Assembly (NCBI GenBank): GCA_965207375.1
Contig: CBDBMG010000002.1
Span: 160,001-224,000, forward strand
Direction of reading: 5' to 3'
From: Nitrosopumilaceae archaeon
GTDB lineage: Archaea > Thermoproteota > Nitrososphaeria > Nitrososphaerales > Nitrosopumilaceae
DNA length: 64,000 nt
The notes beneath the pieces were generated by a model. That model was given only the letters and a program-made list of their open reading frames with translations, did not search any database and had not been told where the DNA came from. Of this stretch, positions 1 to 12,955 are shown in pieces (positions within the stretch are counted from its first letter, which is position 1; each line of letters opens with the position of its first letter). The position numbers and the translations under genes are program-made.

Positions 1-129
1 AATGTGCACTGCTTCTGCCCTTTTTAGCTAGTTATATATATATATATATGGCTACATAGTTATATACAGGGTGTAGCTACAGGGTGTAGCTATAATGTGT
101 ATAGAGTATGCATATTATTAGCCAACATT

Positions 130-318
130 TAATGGTGCTTTAGTGGATGAAATGTCACCAAATTCAGTCTTTTGGTCTCTATTTTTCAAAAATTTCCTGG
201 GGGGCATGCCCCCAGACCCCCCTAGCTTTAGCATGCTTGGCATGCTGACCTGCACCATCAAAAGGTCCACTTTTTCTTGAAAAGAACCTATCCACATTAA
301 GTTCTGTGTATGGCCCTG
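130..318. mobile_element. Partial hAT-like MITE (right end)
   Basis: Ends in ...GTATGGCCCTG (reverse complement CAGGGCCATAC, a hAT-type terminus). Carries the internal motif CCTGGGGGGCATGCCCCCAGACCCCCT, also found in the hAT-like elements at about 14584 and 58081. Confidence 0.45.
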
Positions 319-684
319 TAGGTGTTGTAATTTTCAGTCAACCAGTCCCCACCCTTGTCACGAGTATATTATATATTATGTCACATGATGTACAATGTGT
401 GTTTTGGGTTATTCTAATAAGAGTCTCAACACGTGTCCAGTCACGACATATCGTTACACCTAACAGACATGTGCATGTTAATTTATCATTAGAGGTCAGA
501 CTGCCATTTCACGTTCAACTATACTCCTACGTATAAGCATTAGTTAAAGCATTGTTGTGAGTGCCATACATAAAATCAATGCGCATGTACATATAAGATG
601 CAAAAAAGATGATTCCTTTCAATATTAGCATCATGACCATTGAAACTGAATGGTGGCCGGTAGTTAAAATACATACGTATGTAC

Positions 685-815
685 TGTAACAAAATATTTG
701 GTCCGGGTACATAAGTGGTCCAGCTGGACCAATTATGTCAAACATAAATGGTCCCCCCGGACCATTTATGTTGTCATAAGTGGTCCGATCAAAACATAAA
801 TGGTCCAGGTGAACA
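685..815 (+). mobile_element. Putative left terminus of a Ginger-type DNA transposon
   Basis: Starts TGTAACAAAATATTTGGTCC, followed by an array of short GGTCC/GGACC + ATAA(G/A)T repeats. It lies 1.5 kb upstream of an intron-containing Gypsy-like integrase. Ginger termini are TGT...ACA. No matching right end was found in the window. Confidence 0.45.
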
Positions 816-2161
816 AACAATAAATTCTGCTCACAGTAAGGCCACTGCAATCAGATTATTTGTTTCTCATCAACCGCCCGCATCCAAATTTTGTTAACCG
901 CATGCGCACTCATTATTTACATTATTGCACGTGATTCCGAAAATGGTTCTTTTGTGTGCAACGGCTGTTGATAGAAACTCCAGGAAGGCATTATTGCCAT
1001 GGGAAATTGTGCAGTCCCACTCAGAAACGGATACAATTCGCCAGTCTTTCAATTCAGTGTTGGTCCCAATGTTGTCTGGACCATCAACAGCTACAGAGGC
1101 ACCAATGGTGCATTTTAAATAGAGTAACTTTTAATATAATTATTATAATAAACTGTCGTGTAGAAGTATATGGCTTATTATGTAGAGTGAGTTTGATGTG
1201 TACTTTTTTATGTATGTAGTTAGTTGTTTTGTGTATGTACGTATGTTGTGTAATATCAGTAAGTAGCTACTATTTTTGTTTTGTGTATATTTGTATGTAG
1301 CTATGTGCAGGGCTCCTGACTGAAAATCAGTTTACTGAGTGGACTCCCTGTAGAAATATTACAATTACAATTACAATATTACCAACGTTTTAAATGCTTT
1401 TGAGATTTTGAAACAGTCTCAGTTAGCTACAATTATTCAGAAAAAAAGTTCCATCATGTGTTGAGGAAAGGAATAAAAAAGATAAGTTATACAATAGAAT
1501 TTAATATGAACCAATTGAAAAACTGTATTACTCGGCAGGATACGATCCTATCTGTGTATAGCTACTGTGCTGAGGAGGTTACAGTAGAGGATGCAAGCTC
1601 AGACTCTGAATTTTATCCAGTGTACACAGTGTTCAAAACCAAGGATAAAAAAGCCAGTAGCTAGATGTTTTGTCTTTTATTACGTAAATATACATTTTTG
1701 TACATCTGACAATACACCTGTATAGCTATAAATAACGAGATAACGAGTTAACCCGCCCGCCCGCATGCATTTTTGTACAGTGAGTTGATGAGAAACATGC
1801 CATCTCATTGTAGTGGCCTAAATGACAGCAAGCATTAGCTATAGGTATAAATAGTATACTGTGACTTACAGGATGATGCTGCTGAACATGACACGAACGC
1901 TCCACTGGCGAATCAGTATAACTTTCATTTTCCGTTTGCCAAACCGTATACTGCAAGGTCGAGTTTTTCCATATATGGTATGAGAGATTTTAAAATGAAA
2001 TAAATTATGTAGAGAGCTTGCAAGTAAAAAGCTATCGTTTCATGCAGTGAGTGATTAAGCTATATATATAGCTATATAGAGACACAGTGGAACACGGCAA
2101 ATGATTCTGAAGTGAAGTGTACCTTCTGATAGTATTGAACTAGCTAAGCCTGCAGACTGTT

Positions 2162-3550
2162 ATGGCAGCTTCAGATTCTGAGATAGATGAGAATGCTATT
2201 CATGATGTGGAAGGAGATCTTCTTGAAAGTGTATACGTCTATCTAATGGAAGGAAAATACCAAGAAGGGGTGTCAGCAAATCAAAAGAGGGTAATACGAA
2301 AGAAAGCAGCAAACTTTAGAATTATCAATGGAGAAATGATTTTCAAAAAAAAGTGCAGAGGAAATATAATATGCACTACAGCCTAGCTAGCTACATAGCT
2401 ATCATGCAAATATGTAGCTAGCTAGCTGTAGCTATCATACATACATGGAGTGACTTGTTAGCTATATAGCTAAATGGATAATGATTTCTCAGGATATTGA
2501 GATAAGATACATTAGAGGCGGAGATGAGCAGATGAGAATAGCCAAAGCTTGTCATGCTGATCCTACTTCTGGGCACCTTGGATTTAGAAAAACGCTGGCA
2601 AGGATAACAGAGAGATTTACCTGGAAAGGTGTCTCCAAAGATGCAAAGGAAATAGTATATTCATACATCAATTAACTATATAGCTCACTTTACATGAGGA
2701 GTTCATTTTTGGCCATATATAGGTCCAGCATTGTGATGCCTGCCAACATGTGAATAGAAAGCTTGATAAAATCACACCTGAGTTATGCCCAGTTCCAGTT
2801 AAAAGTCCATGGTATCACATTGGAATCAACTTCATAGGACCAATTGCTTATAAATCTTCCAATGGTAAGTAAAGCTGGCTAGATATGGATAGTTGCTATG
2901 CAGGTTGCAGACAATAAAATTAAGCTTTTTGTGATTATTAATAATATATACATATGCATGTCTGTGCTAGCAAATTGCTATATTTTGATGATCAGTGATT
3001 ACTTCACTAAATGGTAAAAGCCGTAGGCCCGTAGCAACCCCTGATAAAAGTGCAGCGCAAGTTGCCAGTTCATTATTCAAGGTGAGCACTAAATTATAAA
3101 ATGTCTATATGCACGTATTTATTCATAATCATATACTGCTAGTATGCTACATACATAGCTATAGCTATTAATGCATACACATAAGTGAAATTGTATATGT
3201 TGTATATATATATTTATATAGGTTTTTATATGAATGGGAATTCTATGAGTAATAACAACAGATCAAGGGACTGAGGAGTTCAATAATTCTCTTAACAAAC
3301 AGCTAATGAAAACACTCCAAATCCAGAAGCGACTCACAACAGCATATCATCCACAGGTAATGTATATACGTATATATAGGAACAATTAAAAGCTATAGCT
3401 ATACTGGTTTAGAAAAACCTATAGTCATATACAAATATATTATTATTTAGGTGTTACAATTGAATGATTGCAGGCAAATGGTTTGGAAGAATGCTTTAAC
3501 CAGACTCTGCAGAATATGCTGGTAGCTAAAATATGTTGAGCAAAAAATTG
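2162..3550 (+). pseudogene. Intron-containing Gypsy-like integrase (Ginger/GIN1-like transposase), decayed
   Basis: Exons at about 2162-2361, 2493-2654, 2723-2864, 2971-3081, 3222-3356 and 3474-3550, mostly with GT-AG borders. They encode H2C2 (CHADPTSGHLG...CDACQ), PVPVKSPWYHIGINFIGP, YILMISDYFTKW, ITTDQG and TTAYHPQ/ANGLEECFNQTLQNML. There are in-frame stops, the first catalytic D is changed to N, and there are frameshifts. Confidence 0.88.
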
Positions 3551-3571
3551 TATGATAATTTGTTTGATAGT

Positions 3572-3822
3572 GAATAGTTTACAGGCATTTTCACAACTAT
3601 GATTGGCTTTATCATTTGGCAACCTTCATGAAAGATACATGATGGTACAAAAAGTGGACAAGTGATAAAACCAACCATAGTTGACTTGTGAAAAGGCCCT
3701 GTAAACTATTGTATATCATTCAAGTAAAAGATTTTTAATTAAATATTTTAATTCTTGATATCAAAAGTTTTTGGTCACTTATAACCATTTTCTGATTGGC
3801 CTCACACTTTTCCTGTTTTTGA
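3572..3822. mobile_element. Degenerate copy of the palindromic MITE family at 50771-51210
   Basis: Shares AATAGTTTACAGG..TTTCACAACTATGATTGGCTTT and its inverted counterpart with 50771-51210. It truncates the integrase gene. Confidence 0.7.
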
Positions 3823-4087
3823 AGTAGCTACGTATACATAAAGAGATTTTACATAATTTATAATTATAAGCATGTCCTGACAAGAAACCTTAGCTGTATA
3901 TAAAGTATGCAAATTTTTAAGTGTCAACAAACATGAGTTAGTACTAAGGACTTTTCACTTGCATTTCCCCAAGTACGTAATAATATCCCTCAACCATCAT
4001 AAGTCTTGCATACATAGCTATGTAGCCTATGTATGTACGTAGCTTATATGTCAGGATCCAATAGGGTCATAGCACTTTATAAAACTA

Positions 4088-4544
4088 CCGTATAGCGGTT
4101 TTTTCCTGAGGTGCAAATTTTCCCGAATGGTGAGCCATTAGCTTTAGCAGAATTTTTCCTGATTTAGAAATTCCCAAACCTGGCACCCTAATAAGATCGC
4201 GCGATCAACATTCCACGAAGTTTTACGGATCGATTGTAGTTCGTGCCATGCGACTCAGTATACCATTACCACTCGATTGCGATGTGTTACAGAGTACCCA
4301 CCCTCTACTGTAGCTGGCTGCTGATGCAGGACTAGTAGACTCCAGTAATACAACAACAATGCTTTTCTAGTGAGAGATGGGATGGTCGCACTTATAATCT
4401 TTAATCGATAAGCGCCTGCGCGAAGATGGTCTGGCCTCGCAAGACTATAATAATAGAAATTGCTCAGCATAAATTTTCCCGAATCAAGATTCAATTCGGG
4501 AAATTCAGGAAAATTTGCACCTCGGGAAAAAACCCGCTATACGG
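4088..4544. mobile_element. Tc1/mariner-pogo-type MITE (CCGTA...TACGG, TA TSD)
   Basis: TIRs CCGTATAGCGGTTTTTTCCTGAGGTGCAAATTTTCC / GGAAAATTTGCACCTCGGGAAAAAACCCGCTATACGG, flanked by TA on both sides. Confidence 0.85.
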
Positions 4545-4724
4545 TATGCTCCAAAATAGGGTTGTAGGTAAAATGTATGATGTGCACTAATAATATTTCC
4601 ACTTATATAGGTTATGCTGTGACTTGCAGGAAACAGTAGGTGATTTTATGAGCCCGAGTGCAGCAGCAGATATTGTAGCTACAGGTACTATGAATACATT
4701 TACATAAATATAAACATAGCTAGT

Positions 4725-4895
4725 GTGTTATTTTTAGCACATTTGTGTGTGCTATCTCCATGTCTCCAGTTTTAACACATTATACATGTGCTATTTTATG
4801 TGATGTGCTATATTTAGCACATCATAATGTGCTATATCAGGTGTGCTAATTTTAATGTATACTATACTTTTGCACCCATAAAAATGTTCTGAGTA
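4725..4895. mobile_element. Possible EnSpm/CACTA-like terminus with subterminal repeats
   Basis: Cluster of TGTGCTA/TAGCACA repeats in both orientations, ending AAAATGTTCTGAGTA (reverse complement TACTCAGAACATTTT, a CACT-like end). Confidence 0.4.
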
Positions 4896-5004
4896 TATAT
4901 AATCATTAATGTAAAGAAAAGCATAATGCATACAACTTATATAAAAATATATTTATTATAGCCAATGTACATGATGTAAAAAATCCTATGTGCATGCACT
5001 TACG

Positions 5005-5313
5005 AATGATCTATACCTCTGCGAAGTTTAGCACTACTGTCTCTTATTTTTAATAGGCATTCCTGAATGAAAAGTAAAAAACTACTGGCAGGAGATGACT
5101 TAGGATATTTAACAAAGTAAACATAATATGTTGCAATAAGCAAAGTAAGTCCTTTTATTAACAATAAAGTCATCTATTTCAAATAGAACATGCTTTTCAG
5201 CAGCCACAAGTCCTTTTGCACCCTCCATAGTGCCTTGTCTGGCAAATATCAGCAGCCTGCATGGGTTCAGGGAAAACTTTCATATCCAGGATACACTGAA
5301 GATTTGTTCCAGG
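5005..5313 (-). pseudogene. Frameshifted exon of a SAMD3-like / transposon accessory protein C-terminal domain
   Basis: After a TTTTAG acceptor, the minus strand reads across frameshifts ...RLLIFARQGTMEGAKGLVAAEKHVLFEIDDF...GLTLLIATYYVYFVKYPKSSPASSFLLFIQECLLK. This resembles the LFAxYYVFNLxYP...LxFIQ motif. Confidence 0.5.
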
Positions 5314-5441
5314 CTAAAGAAGACATGTAATAATGCATGTATAGGTAGCTACTACACTTTTCAATACACTGTATAATAGTTTGCACACAGTTTTTAAAAA
5401 TACAGTATAATGGGCATGTGACTAATTTTATTACTTTATAC

Positions 5442-5474
<33 letters not shown>

Positions 5475-5913
5475 TGAGGACTAAGGTTTTTAAAGCACAT
5501 ATGAAAATTTACGGTACTGCTCAAAGGCATGTACGGTACTGTTCAAAGGCAACGTCGTGAGCGCTCGCGAGTTGCTGTCGAGTAACCATCTTCTCTCGAT
5601 AGAGTGTCGAGTTATACTCGACTCGACACTATGAATTTGTAACAGATCAACGAATGGAAGTGGAGTGATCTTAAAACAAATTATAAGTATAATATACGCA
5701 TAAGTATAATGAAAAGTATAATAGTTTTAAAAGAAACACTTACGTATTGTAGAACGAGTACGAAATGGATGAATGGACTCTCCGTGCGATGGTAAAATGC
5801 GGTTGTAATTGTTTGTGCGCGTGCGTATAATTAATTATTTTTTTAAATTTTTAAAATGCCTTTTACCCATCACTTACATCCTGTACAGTATGTGCTTATT
5901 TGGGTACTTTTAC

Positions 5914-7880
5914 AAACACCACAAGTTGATGTCATAACCATATCACATGCAAGGTCCACATCACCACCATGATACCCATGGGATAATTTGACAACGATAG
6001 GTGAATTTTGGGTATTAAACTAAGCATAATTTCAGGGTAACAGAGTACGTATGTGGAATTTCCCTTCCAAAATTATGTGACTGCAATCTTTCATAATGAA
6101 ATATAGGACTCCATTTAATAAGCATATCATTGCAGGGGAGTGAATATACAAACTATTGTGGGTCAGAGAACTATTTAGTGTGAGTCAAGCAAAACTGTTG
6201 TAAAGTTAGACTGTTCTAATAGAATATAATAATGTCCTACACGGTGCAAAAATTAAACGGGGCTTCAAAGCTTCTGCCAGATTTACAGTAAAGAGACCAG
6301 ACACATGTCAGCACAAGATAAAATTTGTTCTAAAATAATACGATCAGACATTTATACTGTAGTATTATATATTGACTAGGACATTTGTGAGGAATTTGTA
6401 TCAATGCCAAAAGTAGGATTTTTAAAAATACATAATCGCCATGGCAACATGCATCATTCTACCATTTTGAGTTAGACCATAATTTAATTTTCCATTAGTT
6501 AAATTTAGGTGGTTGTCTGGTTGATGGCATCGATTTGACAGAAGTATTATATATATTTTTTGAGGGCAAACACTGGAATCCCTCAAGTTAGCAGAATTGA
6601 GTTTTGGCTATGTTGAGCAGCTTGCAGTGTAAATATAAGGTAACCATATCCAACAGTTCACATACCATTTACAAGCTGTAGTCTTGTCCAGTACAACCTT
6701 CTGTACTCTAGTCGTGAATCAGTGATCAATGGTATCAATCTGACTTGGCTTTCGTAGTGTCCGGGATATTTTAAAACATCAATTTAGCTTCCTTTCTGTG
6801 CAAGGTGGCTCCTCCTTGCAGCATAGGGGAACACAACAACGAATGCACTGTGTATGCATACTCAAAATTATGATATATGTATGCAACCCCCATTCAAAAT
6901 TGGCAGCACAGTGGTTTCTATAGCTTTGCAGTGGAGGCGTGGGTCTTGGCTCAAACATTTGTCAGGAATTTGTACAAGTAAGTGCTCAGAAAATGTCAGA
7001 TATGTTTGATTGTTATAAGTGTTATTCCATGATCTGTCAAAATATTTACAGAACTGGGCCCACCTATAGTACTTCTGGATGCAAAATTCTACTAGTAAAT
7101 GAATACACTAATTAGTGATAAACACTTTGAATTGGCTACTGTAATTGATGTGATTAAGCGTTATAAAGAGAGGTACTACTATCTTGTACAGTTTTGCATG
7201 AACAGATAACATTTTGCAGGACACTCTCTGCATCCAAATATGTACATCTTAATGCTTAAACAAGGTTACTTCATGACAACATGCAAGATTGCTCATAGAT
7301 ACACTTCTACACATTAAACAACTGCATATATAAAGGATTACCTCTATCCTAATTTTTTACCTCTGCAGAAACAGCTTAAAACAATCATGATTTCACAAGT
7401 ATCTGTGCCCATAAGTCCTTATTAAATCAGTTTGCTGGTGAGGTAAACATATAAATAAGGCAAAAACTGGTCCCTTGTTATCTTATGGTTCAACTTTATG
7501 GATGATTACATATGTCCTATGAAATAACCTTGCTGTGTGGTACAACTTGTACATATTAGGGTGGAAATCTATAATAAGAGGTCAACAGATCCGAGTCAAC
7601 ACCAGGTCAGTTTCAATATACCTTACACTTCTTTATAAGGGCACTTAATTTAGGTGTACTCTTACAGTACAAGCATAGTTGAACACCACAAGTTTATGTC
7701 AGGTGCATGGTCCACATCACCACCACGATACCCATGGATTTATTCAAGGAGTACTTTGGGTAAAGCATTATAATAGCTGGAATCTCCCTTCTAAAATTAT
7801 GCAATTTACTCATAGTAAAGTTTAGGCATAAAATTGCAGGGGGAGTGAAAATGAGTGTGAATCAGGCAAAATTACCATTC
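5914..7880. repeat. Two diverged copies of a ~250-bp repeat (about 5914-6200 and 7681-7880)
   Basis: Shared AACACCACAAGTT..ATGTCA..GGTCCACATCACCACCA(T/C)GATACCCATGG...AAAATTATG...TTGCAGGGGGAGTGAA...GTG(A)GTCAAGCAAAA. Confidence 0.65.
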
Positions 7881-8023
7881 AACTAATCGCATAACTGTGA
7901 TTGTGAAGAAACTATCACATGCCATTGTAATGGTTCTTAAAATCACAGTCCTAACTTCTAAATATGAAATTTAATGTTAGCTATGTGCATATCTCTCTTG
8001 AACCAGTTGATATTTTTACCATC

Positions 8024-8643
8024 TAAAACCAGGCGCTGTGTAAGTTAATTATTAAGGAAATACGATTATGTCACAAGAAAGTCATATGAGCAAAGACTCA
8101 TCACTAAGAAACATATAGCAACGCACATATATTTAAATTTTAAACCACCTTTATACTCCAGTACATTAGTGATAAAACATATTAAAAGTAGTATAAACCG
8201 AACTTCATACTGTAACACTCTTTGTTTCAAACGTTTCACTCCCACAGGGAACACCCATTTTTGTAACTAAATCACTCCGTCTTGTTAGTAGTAAAACACC
8301 TTTTATTGTTAAAAGAATGGCTAATACAGCATTACCTTAGCAGGAATTCACGACACACTTCATCACTAAGGATATGCCCATTGATGGCATGTGTCATATA
8401 AAGAAACTGAAAAGCAATAGAACTTGTTTAACCGGTAGTTTAGGCTTCATTTCATGTGAATAGTTTTTAATATAACCTGGGGGGGCGGACACAGACACAC
8501 AGACACACAGACACTGGCATACACACACAGAGAGACACATACAGATACAGACACACCCACCCACACACTGGCACATACACAAACATACAGACAAAGTAAT
8601 TTCAAGAAACCAGGCATGCACCAGATGCATCTGGTTTAAAAAT
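8024..8643 (-). mobile_element. Helentron/HINE-like non-autonomous element
   Basis: On the minus strand: T-run + AAACCAG..hairpin..CCTGGTTTCTTGAAAT, then a (GT)-rich microsatellite, then a distal GCGCCTGGTTTT subterminal repeat at about 8025. Same family as 34725-35215 and 38419-38613. Confidence 0.55.
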
Positions 8644-8924
8644 CTGTAAGTAAACAAAAGCAGGTGTTCCAAAGTCTCTATGATTCTAACCAGAAATTTG
8701 GAAAGTCCATGCATTAACTGTTTCTACCACTGGAAAAAATTGGCATTTCATTTTACAGGAAATTAGCAGGATTCATGCAATTATCCTTCTAATTTCCTTT
8801 ACTTAATATTTCCTGCTACAGGCTAGGGCACAATTTCAGTGACAGTTTCCTCGACATTTCGTCAGCAGTATTCATCACATGTTGTGTACCCAAGACATGT
8901 AAAGAAAATTTGATATGTAAAAAC

Positions 8925-9235
8925 TCACCAACATGTCATACAGCATGCAGTATTTCCTTGAGCTTTCATGCATGTAGTATTTACCACATTTATGTAAGTG
9001 CATGAAGTGTAACATGTTATTGCATACCAACATGCCATACTGTATGTAGTTTCCTAGAGCTTTCATGCATGTAGTATTTATCAAGTTTATACTAATGCAT
9101 GAAATGTAATGCATTACATCCCATGCAGTACGTAGCTTATTTCCTTAAACTTTCATACATGTAGTATTTGTGAAACATGAAATGTCATGTGTGGCATGCC
9201 AACACACCACACCTCCTTAAGCTTTCATACATACA
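8925..9235. repeat. Short degenerate tandem repeat
   Basis: Three to four copies of CAGTA..TTTCCTTGAGCTTTCATGCATGTAGTATTT. Confidence 0.55.
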
Positions 9236-12200
9236 TATATCATTACATATAGCTAATATCTGATCTGCTTTAATTACATACACATCACACATGCAATTGT
9301 ATAATTATAAAGTACACAAGTAAGTTTGACCAAATTTTTCATTATATCTCCATTTGTTGCTAATTCTTTAATCTCAGCAAATCTAAAATGAAATAAAAAC
9401 GATAAGGAATGTATTAATGACTAAAACATTCTATTACAGCACTCAGTGATCTGTAATATATATATAACCACACATGTACACAACCTTGGTATAGTTTGCA
9501 ATTGACTGTTCTGTTAGAGTGGCTGTTCTATTAAAGTATATTGATTTTAATTTTAGAGCCTATAATGCCATGATACTGGTACAACTGTAATTTCAATATT
9601 TATGAATGCCATCAAGGACAAAATATTGACAATTGATTTTTTTATAATTGAAATTGACTTTGCAATCAAATTTAAGACCAACATTGATTTCGTGATTGAG
9701 TTTACAATCGATTTTGTTATCAAAATTAAAATCAATTTCAAAATTGAAGGTTGCTACATAGCTATTTGTTTCATATTCAAGTTTAAAAATGGAAGTGTTG
9801 CATTCTATGTATTTAATTTCATGAAGGCAGCCTGCTTACATGCACATACAGCTAGCATGATGTATAATAGCTTAAAGTTGGGAGTGGCTATACCAGCATT
9901 TTCTGAGCTGGCTGAAAATCAATTTGGTATTATATTATTTAATGTAATTCATTCATAGGATTTCATAATTTGCATTGTTTTAAGCTTCGTACCCTATATA
10001 TAGCTATCTATGTTTTTCATGGGCATTTGTTTTTGGCTGAAATGGTAGGTAGGGAAACTAATAAACTTTCATTTGGAATGGCCTTAAGCTATTATATACA
10101 CTGTATCTACATGACGTGCATATCAGTGAAATAGCCACAGAGTTTCCACAATCAAATTTAAACTGTTTGATAGAATATTTACATGATTGTTCTATTAGGG
10201 TATATTGATCTTTTATCGTCAGGCAATCTCAGGCTCACCCTTGGCGACCTCCTGCTACATATGTAATATGGTCTCGTGAACCATACTTTCTCTGTAGGGC
10301 ACCTGAGGAGAAAAAGCTTGGTTCAAGAGACCCTACAAGGCCATATATGCAGGGCTTTATTTAGGGGGTTGGGAAGCATTTGCCCCTCCTTGGCTCTGGC
10401 TTGCCGAATTTGATAATCAATTCAAGTGGCTTAAAGTTTAAATGCTTGAGTTGTTCTTCAAGTATGTACAAAAATATTTTCCAAAACTGTCTTAATTTCT
10501 TTGGTAAATATGATGTGGGTTTTGGAGTCTGAAACACTCAAAAGCTTGATGTATGTATTGCTTTATAAGCAAACAAGCCACTAAAGTGGTTAAGTGTGAG
10601 GCTTTAAAAAGAAAAAGGAGTATTCAATTGCTTTTAAAGCATTCAAATATCACCATTGCAGTCCGAATATTTGATTATTCCTTTCAACACTATTCGAAAA
10701 TAACATAATATATATACTTGAGCTATGTCTGTTATACAATATGCGGGAGAATTTTTAGAGTTGTAAAATTGGCAAATTGCTAGCTATATAGCTTATTATT
10801 TGTGAATCATTTCTGTGCTTTAGAAGTAGAAAAGGTTTTTCATAAATACAAAAATGACTAAAGTATTTCAAGGTTCGCCATACACAGAAGAAAGATGCAC
10901 TTCCTGTTCCAGACAGCCTTTTAAGTAGACACATGGATAAGATCATGTGTATACAATTACTGATGACCCAGTAAGAGAAATGTTGACAAAGTCAAGAAAA
11001 TCAATTCATGGGGGCATGTCTAGTATACATGATTCAAACAGTACAAACATGGCGGCAAAGTTTTATATTTATCACTATAATTATGTGTAATGTTCGTACC
11101 ATTTTACCTATCAATGGACTCTGGCTTGCTGATTCGTTAATATTTTATTTGCTAATTGACCATTCACCAATGTTGTAACCCTCCAAATATTTCAATATAC
11201 ATTAAATACCCCTATAGAACACTCAAGATAATGAAATATATAGATGACTGCTTTATTAGAGTTACAAGATACAAACTGACTGCTTTATTAGAATATTTGA
11301 TTGTTCTATTGGAGTATTTAGTTGAACACTAATAATACTCGGCCTAAGATAATAACATTTTCAACTGGTGCATAAAAATGCTGGTATCAGTTTGATACCA
11401 ATATAATGATGATCAAAATGATGCCAGTACTACTGCAGGGATGTGCCCAGGTTGAAAAGAGTGGTGGCTACATATAGAGGTTTTAAATCCCCAAAACTTC
11501 TGATCTTTAGATACTATGTTCTGTGTGAAGTGGTGAGCAAGACTAAGCATTATTTTAGTGGTGGTGAGTGGTAATTATTTTATCTGAGTGGTGGTTGTCA
11601 ATCACTGTGGGCACATCCATGCAGTACTCAGTGCATGCTATAAAATTTCAGTTAAACTTTCACTTCAAAATTATGACTTGGTTCAGTAACACTAAGGACC
11701 AACACTTCCTATGTGCACATGCTAATAATAGTTGTATACTCCATAGCTCAATGCTCTATTAGAACAAAGCAATGCAAACTGACTGCTCTAATAGAATAAT
11801 TAGAATACAAGTGGAAGGTGAGTCAATGCAGGCATGTCCTGTGTTGACAGCTTACAGATCTGCCATATGATGCTCAGGCTACTGAGGAAGATGGGCAGCC
11901 CTTGCCTGCCGTGGAACATGCCGAATGGCAGGGCCTCCCGACACAAGTGAGCCATGCAGTGTGGACTGCATGCAGTGCAAATTGTGGTGTTATATAATAA
12001 TACCCGGCCTAAGTAATCATAAATAAGGCAGGTAGTTAAAATGTTATAAAGAATAATTTAATGCATTGCAACTCACAAAAGGCATTGAGTTACTTGTGCA
12101 CAATATTTCAGTGGACTAAAGCTCTTTGAACAGGCTCATTCATTTATATTAGGGATGGTGGGAGCTACAAGGTATGGCTTCGTTATGCTGTACATACTAC

Positions 12201-12728
12201 AATTCACCACACAACCTAAGTAGTAATCGTACAATCAAAAATATGTTTACTGAAAAAGACAATACTAGAAATGAATGTGGTGCATCTCTTTCATCAGAGA
12301 TTATATACACTCTATGGATGTGAAACTTACATAAGCGCCACTGTCTCTAAGCTTGTTTTGCACCTTTGGATTATAATGAAGGCTAGTAGACTACAATTAT
12401 CTAGCTAAAAATAATCGATATGCTCTAATAGTACAGTCACTACAGTGTGCTCTAATATGAATCTGTGAAATTAATCACACTCAGTGCTATATTTAAAACA
12501 TTTATAAACCAAAAAAACTTCACCACAATGTTATAAATCGTAAATATAAGCAGTCAATACTTTCACTTAACAATCACCATAAAGCAATAATAATTGCATG
12601 CCTTTCTAAAAACCTATAGAAGAGATACAATTGATAACAATTCCTAAAAAAACTACTAACAAATACATCCTGAAACTTATGGAAATAAACATGCTACCAT
12701 TGCTGAATGTTTTAGAAGCGTGAAACAA

Positions 12729-12955
12729 GTGACCGGGCCTGCGAAAATCAGTGCAAATTACACTTAGTTAGATAATCATGAAAAAGGAGTAGCAGAATGC
12801 TGTTAGTTTTAAAAGATTCTCCATTAAATTCTGCATTTGTGGTAGAAGAATCTGTGTGGTTAGCTTAAACGTACCATAAATTATGATAAGACGAAGTTGA
12901 AAAAATTAGGTAATTTTTACGCGACTACATGGTTGGTTTTTGCAGGCCCGGTCAC
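12729..12955. mobile_element. GTGAC...GTCAC MITE
   Basis: TIRs GTGACCGGGCCTGCGAAAA / TTTTTGCAGGCCCGGTCAC. Confidence 0.75.

Noticed and set aside
527-850. 107-aa ORF with GPGGP repeats
   Set aside because: Translation of the GGTCC/GGACC terminal repeats of the putative Ginger end.
9553-9958. 118-aa ORF with IDF repeats
   Set aside because: Derived from a short-period ATTGA(T/C)TT repeat; no domain or splice support.
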